Source of the DNA: Flavobacteriales bacterium
GTDB lineage: Bacteria > Bacteroidota > Bacteroidia > CAIKAF01
DNA: 64,000 bases
Direction of reading: 5' to 3'
Assembly (NCBI GenBank): GCA_018401695.1
Contig: JAGYKD010000001.1
Location: 348,016 to 412,015 of the forward strand
Position 1 is the stretch's first letter. Every line of letters begins with the position of its first letter. The notes under the pieces are model-generated. The model saw nothing but the letters and a program-made list of their open reading frames with translations. It did not search any database and was not told where the DNA came from. The translations under genes were made by a program, and so were the position numbers. Shown here one piece after another: positions 22,401 to 31,452 of the stretch.

Positions 22401-23165
22401 GACAGCCGCAGCAGCATGCCAGACATTGGTGCCGATGAGTTCTTCCTCGCTGCAGACATCAACCTGGGTGCAGACATCAACAAATGTCCCGGAACATCCG
22501 TAACGCTTGACCCCGGTTTCTACAATGGAGCTACCTATTTCTGGAGCACCTTCGATACTACGGCCAGCATTTCGGTTACCACACCCGACGAGTATGTAGT
22601 TCAGGTGGTAGGCAATTGCGCCTCTTCCGAAGACACCATTCAGGTAACAGACATTCCTGCACCGGTGGCTTCCTTTACCGAAACCACCAGCTTCCTAACG
22701 GTAATCTTTAGCAACACCAGCCAGGGCGGCAACAGCAACCTCTGGGACTTTGGCGACGGCAACACCTCTACGCAAATGAGCCCCACCCATGTATACGCTG
22801 CCGAAGGACAGTACACCGTGCAGCTTACCGTAACCGACAGCTGTGGAAGCACTTCTACCTTCGACTTAACGGTAAATCCGGACGACCCCAATACGGGAAT
22901 TGCATCTATCGAAGGTTTGCAAATCACGGCCTTCCCCAATCCAAGCAACGACTGGGTAACCCTTGAATTGAACTCAGATCAGCTCCAAGAGCTGCACATG
23001 AGCCTCAAGGACCTCTCCGGCCGCGAGCTGTGGACCAAAACTACAGGCCAGGTACAAGGCAAGGTGAGCCAGCAAATCCCAATGGGACAGCTAGCTACCG
23101 GAACCTATGTATTGGAAGTACGCTTAGGCGAAAACTCCGCTTCCATGAAGCTGATGAAGCACTAA
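19461..23165 (+). CDS. Large T9SS cargo surface protein, paralog of the upstream gene (GEVED, beta-helix, PKD, CTD)
   Basis: FGETEDY, PDIGADEF, WDFGDG..SPTHVY, AFPNP...KLMKH. Confidence 0.88.
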   Translation: MVFKRYPCNLTMKAVLFGACLMAGLESNAQTTIQIGSGAVNIVGTGPSPFGSVYEDGRNQFLILGSELNTAGITQGQLTDLAFDVISPPSPTYTNFTVTIGTTTLGNISPFIPLTGAQICYTGVYNPTTGWSTITFQNPYLWTGNDNLVVEVCFDNGSWSSTGSVVGTTTGFTSNAYEFDDGVNGCTMTGAFGSSGLDRPNMQMTWNTNICTAPPTAGTATGPANVCSGANFSVGINGGTSGIGQSYQWQESANNSTWNDITGAINASYSGSQTQASYYRCVVTCTGQNDTTTSHFVDLTPSNICNLCASGASFGGDTYLNGLSLGSINFADATCANYTNNTNLSTVVFQGGNYSGTINHGDCDGGSSYARGVLAFADWNRDGDFSDPGEQLLSVDLPGTSLAGEPLNFTVPQNAVPGTTVLRIIASEDGTSGTSACGNFGFGETEDYTLIIASPPANDAGVTALAQPSIPACALNDTIIIDIENLGTLPLTSADVSLQINGGTPITSTFSGTIASGATGTHQAAITPLNDGDVIKVWTSNPNGVADSLAMNDTLELTVYTSLSGVYTISGTNPDYPDLDSALTDLALRGVCGNVTFNVRAGSYNSNHVLNDFQKNAPTDRVIIQSEDLEADSVEFFYAPLSAADNYVFKIQGDNYTVHALSLRTEGTSFSVVVDGVDANDLEFTHNQVIADTTATNFNFARTALRFNGTRVGDNVHIAHNHIDGGSIGIATFPSSAQNVTTGTIIEHNTIERYGNFGIAAIYENGATIRNNMLSTQSTILTVGITMEISEGNGLMENNHVHFVNDGYGLQMTDVDAGIGNNMRIINNFVTGGDGNSSPEARGINISGTSNNLDVVNNSVHIINGVAASRGIYAADDNIFQYHIVNNNIAMDGPGIPLYVADGGGALLIDYNNLYQSDSTEVAEFGSTTYSSLADLQNAGLGLNSAFVDPGFNLNDLHTCEPGLNMAGLSLPFITADFDGDSRSSMPDIGADEFFLAADINLGADINKCPGTSVTLDPGFYNGATYFWSTFDTTASISVTTPDEYVVQVVGNCASSEDTIQVTDIPAPVASFTETTSFLTVIFSNTSQGGNSNLWDFGDGNTSTQMSPTHVYAAEGQYTVQLTVTDSCGSTSTFDLTVNPDDPNTGIASIEGLQITAFPNPSNDWVTLELNSDQLQELHMSLKDLSGRELWTKTTGQVQGKVSQQIPMGQLATGTYVLEVRLGENSASMKLMKH

Positions 23166-23182
23166 GCATCATAAACACCTGG

Positions 23183-23215
23183 AAAAAAGCTCCGCCTCGG
23201 CGGGGCTTTTTTTTT
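23183..23215 (+). terminator. Rho-independent terminator (possibly bidirectional)
   Basis: AAAAAAGCTCCGCC-TC-GGCGGGGCTTTTTTTTT. Confidence 0.88.
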
Positions 23216-23261
23216 GCCTTGGGGGCAATCTTTTTGGAAAATACGTTTTGAATGGGAAAGG

Positions 23262-23362
23262 TTAGAGACGCAAAATTTTGCGTCTCTTCTAGAAATTACA
23301 AATCACAGGCAAAAAAGATGTTCTTCTATTTTTTTACCGAGACGCAAAATTTTGCGTCTCTA
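23262..23362. repeat. Inverted pair of REP-like palindromes (REPIN-like doublet)
   Basis: GAGACGCAAAATTTTGCGTCTC at 23265-23286 and 23339-23360; a TAG foot on the outer side of each copy. Confidence 0.8.
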
Positions 23363-23381
23363 TTTCAATAAACCCCAAAGC

Positions 23382-23551
23382 ATGGCCCCCCGGCCGGGCA
23401 AAGGGCCGGCCGCAGGCTTAGGCTACGGGTGGCGAGGCTGAGGATGCGTAGCTTTGCGGAGCAACCGGAAGCCCGCCAACCGAGCCTAAGCCAAGGCCGA
23501 CCGGAGCCGGGGCCGGCTAGAATACGGAATTGCTTATCGGAGCCGGGGCCC
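23382..23551. repeat. Dispersed GC-rich hairpin element E4 (subfamily A)
   Basis: ATGGCCCCCC...AGGGCCG, arms GGCTTAGGCT/AGCCTAAGCC, end GGAGCCGGGGCCC. Confidence 0.85.
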
Positions 23552-23622
23552 GCCTTCCATGCCTTGGCACAGGCCGGAAATATCCCTAACTTCGCAGCTT
23601 AAGCAATAGGCACAATAGTTTT

Positions 23623-24981
23623 ATGTGGGCAAAAGATATTCTGGAAACCATTGGTAACACCCCTTTGGTTCAATTAAATAAAGTAGTAGAAGGCGTTCCG
23701 GCCACGGTGTTGGCCAAGGTAGAAACCTTTAATCCGGGCAACTCCATTAAAGACCGCATGGCCCTGAAAATGATTGAGGACGCCGAAGCCAACGGCAGGC
23801 TAAAACCGGGCGGAACCATTATTGAGGGAACCTCGGGCAATACCGGCATGGGTTTGGCTATTGCAGCTATCATTAAAGGATACCGCTGCATTTTTACCAC
23901 CACCGACAAACAGTCGCAGGAAAAAATTGATGCGCTTCGGGCGCTGGGTGCCGAAGTGATTGTGTGCCCAACCAACGTAGATCCGGAAGACCCTCGGTCT
24001 TACTATTCGGTGTCCTCTCGTTTGGAAAAAGAAGTTCCTAACTCTTGGAAACCAAACCAGTACGATAACTTAAGCAACAGTCAAGCGCATTACCAATCCA
24101 CCGGCCCCGAAATTTGGGAGCAAAGCGAAGGAAAAATCACCCATTTGGTGGTGGGCGTTGGCACGGGTGGCACCATTTCGGGCACCGCCAAATACCTTAA
24201 AGAGAAAAACCCAAACATTAAAGTTTGGGGTGTTGACTCTTACGGCTCCATTTTCAAAAAATACCATGAAACCGGCATTTTCGATAAGGAGGAGATATAT
24301 CCCTACATTACCGAGGGCATTGGGGAGGATTTTTTGCCAAAGAACGTAGACTTTACCCTGATTGACCATTTTGAAAAGGTCACGGATCGGGATGCTGCCA
24401 TTTGGACCCGTGAAATTGCGCGCAAAGACGGCATATTTGTGGGCAACTCAGCCGGCGCTGCCTTAGGAGCCATCCATCAACTCAAAAAAGAGCTCAAACC
24501 GGAAGACGTTGTTGTGGTTATTTTTCACGACCATGGCATTCGCTATTTGGGTAAAATGTTCAACGATGCCTGGATGCGCGACCGCGGCTTTTTGGACCGA
24601 AAACAAACGACCTTACGGGAGCTTATTTTGAATAAAACCATTCAAAAAGCCATATCGGTGGAAGCCGGCACCAGCGCTTCAGAGGTGTTTAATCTGCTCA
24701 GCGAAAATGGCTTGTCTCAAGTACCGGTGATGGAAGGAAGTCGGCAGGTCGGTTCCATTACCGACAGCTTGCTGTATGCCGCATTGGTAAAAGACCCAAG
24801 CCTTTGCGACAAACCGGTCAGCACCATAATGGGCCAGCCATTCCCTTTTATGGAAGAAGACGATGAAATCCAGGAAGTCGCCGCCAAAATAAACCGTGAA
24901 ACCCATGCCGTGTTGGTAAAAGATGCCATGGGCACCACCTATATTATGACCCGTACCGATATTCTGAATGCTTTGATTTAA
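23623..24981 (+). CDS. cbs: Cystathionine beta-synthase (PLP enzyme with CBS domains)
   Basis: NPGNSIKDR PLP lysine, TSGNTG, GVGTGGT, C-terminal CBS pair. Confidence 0.9.
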   Translation: MWAKDILETIGNTPLVQLNKVVEGVPATVLAKVETFNPGNSIKDRMALKMIEDAEANGRLKPGGTIIEGTSGNTGMGLAIAAIIKGYRCIFTTTDKQSQEKIDALRALGAEVIVCPTNVDPEDPRSYYSVSSRLEKEVPNSWKPNQYDNLSNSQAHYQSTGPEIWEQSEGKITHLVVGVGTGGTISGTAKYLKEKNPNIKVWGVDSYGSIFKKYHETGIFDKEEIYPYITEGIGEDFLPKNVDFTLIDHFEKVTDRDAAIWTREIARKDGIFVGNSAGAALGAIHQLKKELKPEDVVVVIFHDHGIRYLGKMFNDAWMRDRGFLDRKQTTLRELILNKTIQKAISVEAGTSASEVFNLLSENGLSQVPVMEGSRQVGSITDSLLYAALVKDPSLCDKPVSTIMGQPFPFMEEDDEIQEVAAKINRETHAVLVKDAMGTTYIMTRTDILNALI

Positions 24982-25784
24982 TGGCTTGGGTGAGCGACCA
25001 AATGGGCTTTGAGCTGGAGGTTTCTTCTCCTCCAAAGCGTATCGTGTCCTTGGTACCCTCCCAAACCGAGCTTTTGGCCTATTTAGGCTTAGAAAAACAG
25101 GTGGTGGGCATTACCCGTTTTTGCATAGAACCGGAGTCCTGGTTCAAGCAAAAAGCCAGGATTGGAGGAACCAAAGACCTGCAAATTGAAAAAATATTGG
25201 CACTTGCCCCGGATTTAGTCCTAGGAAATAAAGAGGAAAACGAGAAAGCTGCCATTGAGGCATTAAAAAAGGAAGTGCCCGTTTGGCTCAGCGATGTGCA
25301 CGACTTGGACTCGGCCCTTAGCATGATTGGACACGTGTCTAAGATATGTGGCAAAGAGGAAGAAGGCTTGGTTTTACAAAAGGCAATCCAAACAGCCTTT
25401 GCCAAGTTGAAACCGCTAAGCCGGCCCAAAAAAGTAGCCTATTTTATTTGGCGCAAGCCTTGGATGTTGGTAGGAAGCAACACCTTTATTGATGCCATGC
25501 TTCAGGGCTTAGGCTTTGAAAATGTAGGGAGGCAATTTTCGGGGCGCTACCCCAGCCTTTCGGACGCCCAACTAAGCGCCTTGGATGCCGACTGGTATTT
25601 ATTGTCTTCGGAACCTTACCCCTTTGGCACAAAACACCAAGAGGAGCTGGAAGCTTTGGTGCAGCCGGGAGGAAAAAGTTGGCTGGTAGACGGTGCTTTG
25701 TTTAGTTGGTATGGCAGTCGGTTGTTGCAAAGTCCCGGCTATTTTTCGCGTCTATTGGCCCAAATAGAGCAAGCTGAGGCATGA
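24981..25784 (+). CDS. Helical-backbone metal receptor (BtuF-like ABC substrate-binding protein)
   Basis: RIVSLVPSQTELL, GITRFC, IGGTK, NKEEN, LSSEPYPF, FSWYGSR. Confidence 0.88.
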   Translation: MAWVSDQMGFELEVSSPPKRIVSLVPSQTELLAYLGLEKQVVGITRFCIEPESWFKQKARIGGTKDLQIEKILALAPDLVLGNKEENEKAAIEALKKEVPVWLSDVHDLDSALSMIGHVSKICGKEEEGLVLQKAIQTAFAKLKPLSRPKKVAYFIWRKPWMLVGSNTFIDAMLQGLGFENVGRQFSGRYPSLSDAQLSALDADWYLLSSEPYPFGTKHQEELEALVQPGGKSWLVDGALFSWYGSRLLQSPGYFSRLLAQIEQAEA

Positions 25785-25806
25785 ATTTTGTATCTATCTT
25801 TATGCT

Positions 25807-26298
25807 ATGAGGGTTGTATTGCTTGTGGGCGTGTTAAGCATTTGGATGAGCTGTAAGGTGAGTTTGTCGGGCATTGCCATACCCGAGGAGGCAAAAACAG
25901 TATCGGTGGAGAACTTTGGAAATACTGCCGCCCTTACCAATCCTTCCTTTCCGCAACAAATCACCGAAGATTTGCGAACGCGTTTCATTAGTCAGACCAG
26001 GCTTCTATTGGTGCAAGGGGGTGGTGATTTGCAATTTAAAGGCACCATTAGCAGCTATGCCACCAGTCCGGTGGCGGTTTCGGGCAGCGAAACGGCAGCA
26101 TTGACCCGTCTCACGGTGGGGATTCAAGTAGATTATATCAATACCCTTCAGCCGGAAAAAAGCTTTAAAAAGGGCTTTTCGCGCTTTGCAGATTTTGAAG
26201 CCAGCCAAGCCTTATCGAGTGTTGAGAATGCTTTATTGCAAGAAATTTCGGAGCAATTGATTCAAGACGTATTTAACGAGGCGTTTTTAGATTGGTAA
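25807..26298 (+). CDS. lptE: LptE-family LPS assembly lipoprotein
   Basis: Lipobox WMSC; AKTVSV..F.N.A, TRLTV...V, IQDVFN...DW typical of Bacteroidota LptE. Confidence 0.8.
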   Translation: MRVVLLVGVLSIWMSCKVSLSGIAIPEEAKTVSVENFGNTAALTNPSFPQQITEDLRTRFISQTRLLLVQGGGDLQFKGTISSYATSPVAVSGSETAALTRLTVGIQVDYINTLQPEKSFKKGFSRFADFEASQALSSVENALLQEISEQLIQDVFNEAFLDW

Positions 26299-26299
26299 A

Positions 26300-28744
26300 T
26301 TACGCCCTTAAGCTCACGCCGAGTGCTTCCTGGAGTGCTGTCAACAGGCGGTCGGTTGCCTTTTCGGTTTCCTCGTCGCGAAGGGTACGTTGGGCATCTC
26401 TAAACACCAATCCTATGGCCATAGAAACAAAACCTTCGGGAAGGCCTTTTCCTTGATACACATCAAAGAGCTGCCAAGATTCCAGTTGCTTTCCACCATG
26501 CTTTTTGATTACTGCTTCCATTTTTTCGAAGGGCATATCTTGTGGCACCAAAAGGGCCAAATCTCTTCGCATGGCCGGAAACTTGGGCAGAGGTTTGAGC
26601 TTGGCTTTGGCGTGTGGGGCCAAACTTTTTAGCAACTGCCAACGTATTTCGGCATAATAAACCATTTGCTTAATTCCACACATTTTAGTCAAATCTGGAC
26701 TAACCCAACCCATTGAAGCAAGCAGCTTACCGTCTTTACGGGTGCGCACCGCCAAGCCATGTCCGGGCCAAGGAAGGACATCGGTAGTTTCCCACGTAAT
26801 ATCTTGAATACCTGCCAGGTCCAGCAAGCTTTGCACCCAACCTTTCATTTCATAGATATCGGCAGAAAAGCTTCCTTTTAACCAATGCTCTGGGCCGGAC
26901 TCTCCGGAAGCAACCAGAGCAAGGTGTTCTTCTTCCTGAAAGTGGTCGGTTTGGCGGCTCAAATAACTTCTGCCAAACTCAAACAAACGCAGGTTGAGGT
27001 TGCGGTGATGTACATTTCGAGCCACCGATTGCAGCATGCCGGGTAATAGGCCGGGGCGCATAACAGCCAGCTCTCTGCTTAAAGGATTTTTAAGCGTAAC
27101 CAAAAATTTGGCTTGGTCGGGGTAAGCCGCTTCTGCCAAGTCTTGGGGCAACATGGACAAATGCACCGCCTCAGAAAAGCCTCGCGCGGAAAGCCAAGCT
27201 GTGGTTTTTTCTTTTAAGCGATCCCGCTCAGAAACCATGCTTCTATTGATGCGTATGTCCAAATGTCCTTCCAAGGGGATACGGTCAAAGCCGTAAATTC
27301 TAAGAATCTCCTCGGCAACATCGGCGGGTCGGTGCACGTCGGGACGGAAACCGGGCACCTTAAGACGCCAAGAGCTATGCCGTTCCATTTCACCTTCAAA
27401 GCCTAGCAAACGCAAAATTTCGGAGGCTTCGGTATTGGGTATTTCTACACCTGCCAGGCGATGCAAATAAGGCATTTCAAAAGGCACAAACTTAGGAGCC
27501 GGCATGCCTTTGGTGCTTTGGTCCAGCTCATCACCCTCGGGTTCGCCCTGCAAAATTTCCATAATCATGCGGGCTGCTATGCGCAGTGCTAAAGGAGTTA
27601 TTGCAGGGTCGCAGCCCCTTTCGAATCGGAAGGAAGCATCGGTATGCAAGCCATGCCGCTTGGCCGTCTTTCGGATACTGGCCGGGTTGAACCAAGCAGA
27701 TTCAATAAAAACACGGGTGGTTTGCTCAGAGACCCCGCTGTGTTTTCCACCAAAAACCCCTGCAAGACACATGGCCTTTTGGGCATCGGCAATTACCAAA
27801 TCTTCCTCGCTCAATGCGCGGTCTAGGTCGTCTAGGGTGCGTAAATGTTCGCCCTTTTTTGCTTTCCTTACCACAATTTTACCCCCCTCAATCTTATCGG
27901 CATCAAAGGCATGCAAGGGATGACCCAACAAGAACATAAGGTAATTGGTAACGTCTACCACCGCATTTTGAGGTTTAAGACCAATGGCTTTTAAACGCTG
28001 AGCCAACCATTTTGGGGAGGGCCCCATGCGCAAACCGGTCAAGGTAATGCCGGTGTACCGTCCGCAATCTTGTTCGGCAACAATTTCAAAGCCAATTCCG
28101 GTGCCGGTGCCGGTTAAGGGATGAAAAGCGCGTGGGAAATCCGGCATTTCATAGCTTTTTCCTTGAGTAAAGGCCTTGGCAACAATGTCTCTACAAGCCC
28201 CTAAATGCGAAGCCCCATCAGGGCGGTTCGGGGTTATATTAACGGTGAGAATGTAATCTGTTTCCAACGAGAAATATTGGGCCGCAGGACTTCCGGGAGC
28301 AAGGTCTGTATCCAATACCATAATACCGTCATGACTGCTTCCCAGACCAAGCTCGTCTTCGGCACAAATCATTCCTAGGGATACTTCTCCCCTGATTTTG
28401 CTCTTTTTAATGGCAAGGGGATCGCCCTGACTAGGATACAGGGTAGCACCGGGCAAGGCAACTACCACGGTTTGGCCTTTGGCCACGTTTGGAGCTCCAC
28501 ACACAATTTGCCGAGGGGCTTCCTCGCCGACATCTACCGCACAAAGTTTTAGTTTGTCTGCATTGGGATGCGGAATTGCCTCCAATACCCTCCCCAGAAC
28601 CACCTGCTGCAAACCACCTGGAATTAAATCAAATGGCTCTATTTCTTCTACTTCCAAACCGGAAGAAGTAAGGTAATCGGCAATTTCTTCCGGACTCAAA
28701 TGAGACCTTAACAGTTCGTTTATCCAAGATACTGAAATCTTCAT
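26300..28744 (-). CDS. pheT: Phenylalanine-tRNA ligase beta subunit
   Basis: MKISVSW, HPNADKL, IVCGAPN, TPNRPD, RFERG, RRDLAL. Confidence 0.97.
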   Translation of the reverse strand: MKISVSWINELLRSHLSPEEIADYLTSSGLEVEEIEPFDLIPGGLQQVVLGRVLEAIPHPNADKLKLCAVDVGEEAPRQIVCGAPNVAKGQTVVVALPGATLYPSQGDPLAIKKSKIRGEVSLGMICAEDELGLGSSHDGIMVLDTDLAPGSPAAQYFSLETDYILTVNITPNRPDGASHLGACRDIVAKAFTQGKSYEMPDFPRAFHPLTGTGTGIGFEIVAEQDCGRYTGITLTGLRMGPSPKWLAQRLKAIGLKPQNAVVDVTNYLMFLLGHPLHAFDADKIEGGKIVVRKAKKGEHLRTLDDLDRALSEEDLVIADAQKAMCLAGVFGGKHSGVSEQTTRVFIESAWFNPASIRKTAKRHGLHTDASFRFERGCDPAITPLALRIAARMIMEILQGEPEGDELDQSTKGMPAPKFVPFEMPYLHRLAGVEIPNTEASEILRLLGFEGEMERHSSWRLKVPGFRPDVHRPADVAEEILRIYGFDRIPLEGHLDIRINRSMVSERDRLKEKTTAWLSARGFSEAVHLSMLPQDLAEAAYPDQAKFLVTLKNPLSRELAVMRPGLLPGMLQSVARNVHHRNLNLRLFEFGRSYLSRQTDHFQEEEHLALVASGESGPEHWLKGSFSADIYEMKGWVQSLLDLAGIQDITWETTDVLPWPGHGLAVRTRKDGKLLASMGWVSPDLTKMCGIKQMVYYAEIRWQLLKSLAPHAKAKLKPLPKFPAMRRDLALLVPQDMPFEKMEAVIKKHGGKQLESWQLFDVYQGKGLPEGFVSMAIGLVFRDAQRTLRDEETEKATDRLLTALQEALGVSLRA

Positions 28745-28913
28745 GCGTACAATTGCTACAACTAAGCCACAAAGGTAACCATAAGAATAAACCAGCAGAG
28801 CCCTCTGTGGATGGAAGGGGCATTCGGAATCCAAACAGCAGGCAACATAGGTAGTGGCTTAAAATTCGATGGCAGGAATCTAAAACAGCCTCCGAAGCAT
28901 ATATCTTTGCAGC

Positions 28914-29873
28914 ATGTTGTGCGGTAATGATATAGCTAAAGCCAAAGCCTTATTGGAGGCCGGAGATGTAGTAGCAGTACCCACAGAAACGGTATATGGA
29001 TTGGCCGCCAATGCTCTTAACCCTAAAGCAATAAGCAAAATTTTTAGCGTAAAAGGCCGGCCGGATTTTGACCCCTTAATCGTGCACGCTGCTACAAAAG
29101 AAGCCGCCTTTGCCTGGGCAAAGGACATTCCCGACGAAGCCTTGGCCTTAGCCGAAGCCTTTTGGCCCGGCCCTTTGACTTTGGTATTGCCCAAAATAAA
29201 AGCCATTCCGGCAGAAGTCACCTCTGGCTTGGAGACCGTAGGGCTTCGAGTGCCCAACCATACGATACTGAAACGTTTGCTTGAAACCCTTGACTTCCCC
29301 TTGGCCGCGCCGTCGGCCAACCCCTTTGGCTATATTAGCCCAACCACAGCCGAACATGTGGCCGACCAATTGAGAGATCGCATTCCTTACATTTTAGATG
29401 GAGGCAGCTGCACCATAGGTTTAGAGTCTACAATTGTAGGTTTTGTATCCGGGAGTGCAGTAATTCTGCGCCCCGGACACATAAAAAAAGAGGATATTGG
29501 GCAAGTGCTTGGCTACATACCGGAACGCAGCGAGAGTCCCGGGGAAAGGCCGGCGGCTCCCGGCATGTTGAGCAGTCATTATTCCCCAAAAACACCTATG
29601 GAATGGATGGAGGGAAAACACTTACCCAAAAGGAAGGAAGGAGCCTTGTATTTTTCGAACCGCCCCCAAGGAATGTATGGTTCCTATGAAATTTTGAGCG
29701 AACAAGGTAGCTTAATGGAGGCTGCACGAAGGCTGTATGGCTGCCTAAGAAACCTGGATAAACTAGGTCTACAGAAAATATGGGTGGAAATTATTCCAGA
29801 AGGTATAGGAAATGCAGAGGCACTCAAAGACCGGTTGAACAGAGCAGTAGGCAAGGCACCCTTCACCCCTTAG
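28914..29873 (+). CDS. tsaC: L-threonylcarbamoyladenylate synthase (Sua5/TsaC)
   Basis: PTETVYGLAA, KGRP..DPLIVH, FWPGPLT, APSAN, PGML.SHYSP. Confidence 0.95.
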   Translation: MLCGNDIAKAKALLEAGDVVAVPTETVYGLAANALNPKAISKIFSVKGRPDFDPLIVHAATKEAAFAWAKDIPDEALALAEAFWPGPLTLVLPKIKAIPAEVTSGLETVGLRVPNHTILKRLLETLDFPLAAPSANPFGYISPTTAEHVADQLRDRIPYILDGGSCTIGLESTIVGFVSGSAVILRPGHIKKEDIGQVLGYIPERSESPGERPAAPGMLSSHYSPKTPMEWMEGKHLPKRKEGALYFSNRPQGMYGSYEILSEQGSLMEAARRLYGCLRNLDKLGLQKIWVEIIPEGIGNAEALKDRLNRAVGKAPFTP

Positions 29874-30357
29874 AACCGGAACTAAGCGAACAACTCAACA
29901 ATTGTCCATCGCTGGCAAAACCCAAGCCTTGGAGCAAGTCTTGCCAACCACCTGTATAGGCATTTGGGTCGGTAGATACTTTTATCACTTTAAGCGTTTT
30001 AAAGCAAAAATATAAGATTTCACGAAACGCTTCTTCCCAGGCCGGAGCTACAAAAGGTTCTTGGTAAACAAGCACATTAAGCGTACAACGGCCCTGCTTA
30101 AAATCGCCTTCCAAGGCCAACACGCCCTGAACGCTTCGGGTTTCGTTGTCAATGGCCATCCAATACACCCCTTGCCCTTCGTGGTAGGCGCGCATAAGTT
30201 GGTGAATCAGTTGTCGAAAGCTCTTTTCTTCTTTGGCGCGGTTGAGAAAAACGGCCTGATCGTTTTGCCAAAACTGCGCATCCATAATGGCCGGCTGCCT
30301 TAGTAAAAAGGCTTGGGTTTGAACCCTTGGAAAATATGGAAATGGGGGCTCATACAT
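29863..30357 (-). CDS. GNAT/RimJ-RimL-like protein (divergent)
   Basis: FP.VQT..FLLR start, YWMAI, YCFKTL.V.KV, LGF; weak similarity only. Confidence 0.55.
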   Translation of the reverse strand: MYEPPFPYFPRVQTQAFLLRQPAIMDAQFWQNDQAVFLNRAKEEKSFRQLIHQLMRAYHEGQGVYWMAIDNETRSVQGVLALEGDFKQGRCTLNVLVYQEPFVAPAWEEAFREILYFCFKTLKVIKVSTDPNAYTGGWQDLLQGLGFASDGQLLSCSLSSGSKG

Positions 30358-30672
30358 AAGCCATTTCCTTATGGGTTTTTTGCCTTATCGAGGGAACACT
30401 CAAAGAAAAATTGACACTACCTTTCCTAAATACAAAAAAGGAATTCCAAAATTTGTAAACGAGGGCTTCTAAAAAAATCATGCCGGTGTTCGAAAGGGAA
30501 TAGTGCTTATTTTTCAATGTATGAAATTAGTAAACTAAAAACCAAATCAAAAGCCTAGATTGTCAATAAATTGTTGTGCATTTCTGCTTTTTGGCTCATA
30601 CACTATCCCTAATAGGTAATTTCTAGAAATAAGCCTAAGCCAATAAGCTTTGTATCTTCGAAAAAAAAAGCC

Positions 30673-31452
30673 ATGAACTTCAATAATCTCCTTTTAGAAA
30701 AAAGTGAAGGCATAGCCCTGCTTACCATTTCTCGCCCGGAAAAACTAAATGCCCTGAACAAACAAACCATTGAAGAGCTGAGTGCGGCTTTGGACATGTT
30801 AAGAGAAGACCCTTCTGTGCGCCTTTTGGTAATAACGGGCAGTGGCGAAAAAGCCTTTGTAGCCGGAGCTGATATTTCAGAATTTGCCGATTTTAATCCA
30901 TCGCAAGGCAAAGCACTCGCTGCCGAAGGCCAACAAAAGCTTTTTGACAAGGTAGCGCGCTTTTCTAAACCCGTAATTGCAGCTATCAATGGCTTTGCCT
31001 TGGGAGGAGGTCTTGAACTGGCCATGGCCGCACATGTGAGGGTAGCCTCGGAAAATGCGAAAATGGGATTGCCGGAGCTAAGTTTGGGACTCATTCCCGG
31101 CTATGGGGGCACCCAACGCCTGGCCGAGCTCATTGGCAAAGGACGGGCCTTTGAATGGCTGTTTTCTGCAGGCATGTGGTCGGCCCAAGATGCTCTTTCC
31201 TATGGTTTGGTAAATCATGTGGTTCCTCAAAATGAGCTCATAGATACCGCCAGGTCTTTGGCTAAAAAGTTTATGAAAAACTCCTCCATGGCCATGTCCG
31301 CTACCATCCAAGCTGTGAATGCCGGTTACGAAGATGGTGTAAATGGGTATACCATCGAAGTAAACTTATTTGGCCAACTGTTTGGCACACCGGAATTCAA
31401 GGAGGGCACAGAAGCTTTTTTGCAAAAACGAAAACCCGATTTCAATCGCTAA
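30673..31452 (+). CDS. Enoyl-CoA hydratase/crotonase
   Basis: RPEKLNALN, AFVAGADI, GFALGGGLELA, PGYGGTQRL. Confidence 0.93.
   Translation: MNFNNLLLEKSEGIALLTISRPEKLNALNKQTIEELSAALDMLREDPSVRLLVITGSGEKAFVAGADISEFADFNPSQGKALAAEGQQKLFDKVARFSKPVIAAINGFALGGGLELAMAAHVRVASENAKMGLPELSLGLIPGYGGTQRLAELIGKGRAFEWLFSAGMWSAQDALSYGLVNHVVPQNELIDTARSLAKKFMKNSSMAMSATIQAVNAGYEDGVNGYTIEVNLFGQLFGTPEFKEGTEAFLQKRKPDFNR

Noticed and set aside
15644-23165. Diversity-generating retroelement or shufflon acting on the tandem T9SS paralogs
   Set aside because: No reverse transcriptase or recombinase, and no near-identical TR/VR pair with adenine-specific differences; similarity is mostly at the protein level.
23262-23362. 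Two identical palindromes as a mini CRISPR array
   Set aside because: Only two 22-bp units, fully palindromic, with REP-like feet and no cas genes or leader.
23438-23472. CTGAGGA in E4 and E10 as a hammerhead ribozyme core (CUGAnGA)
   Set aside because: The following stem is not closed by GAAA, and other copies read ATGAGGA, CCGAGGA or CACGGA, so the catalytic core is not conserved.
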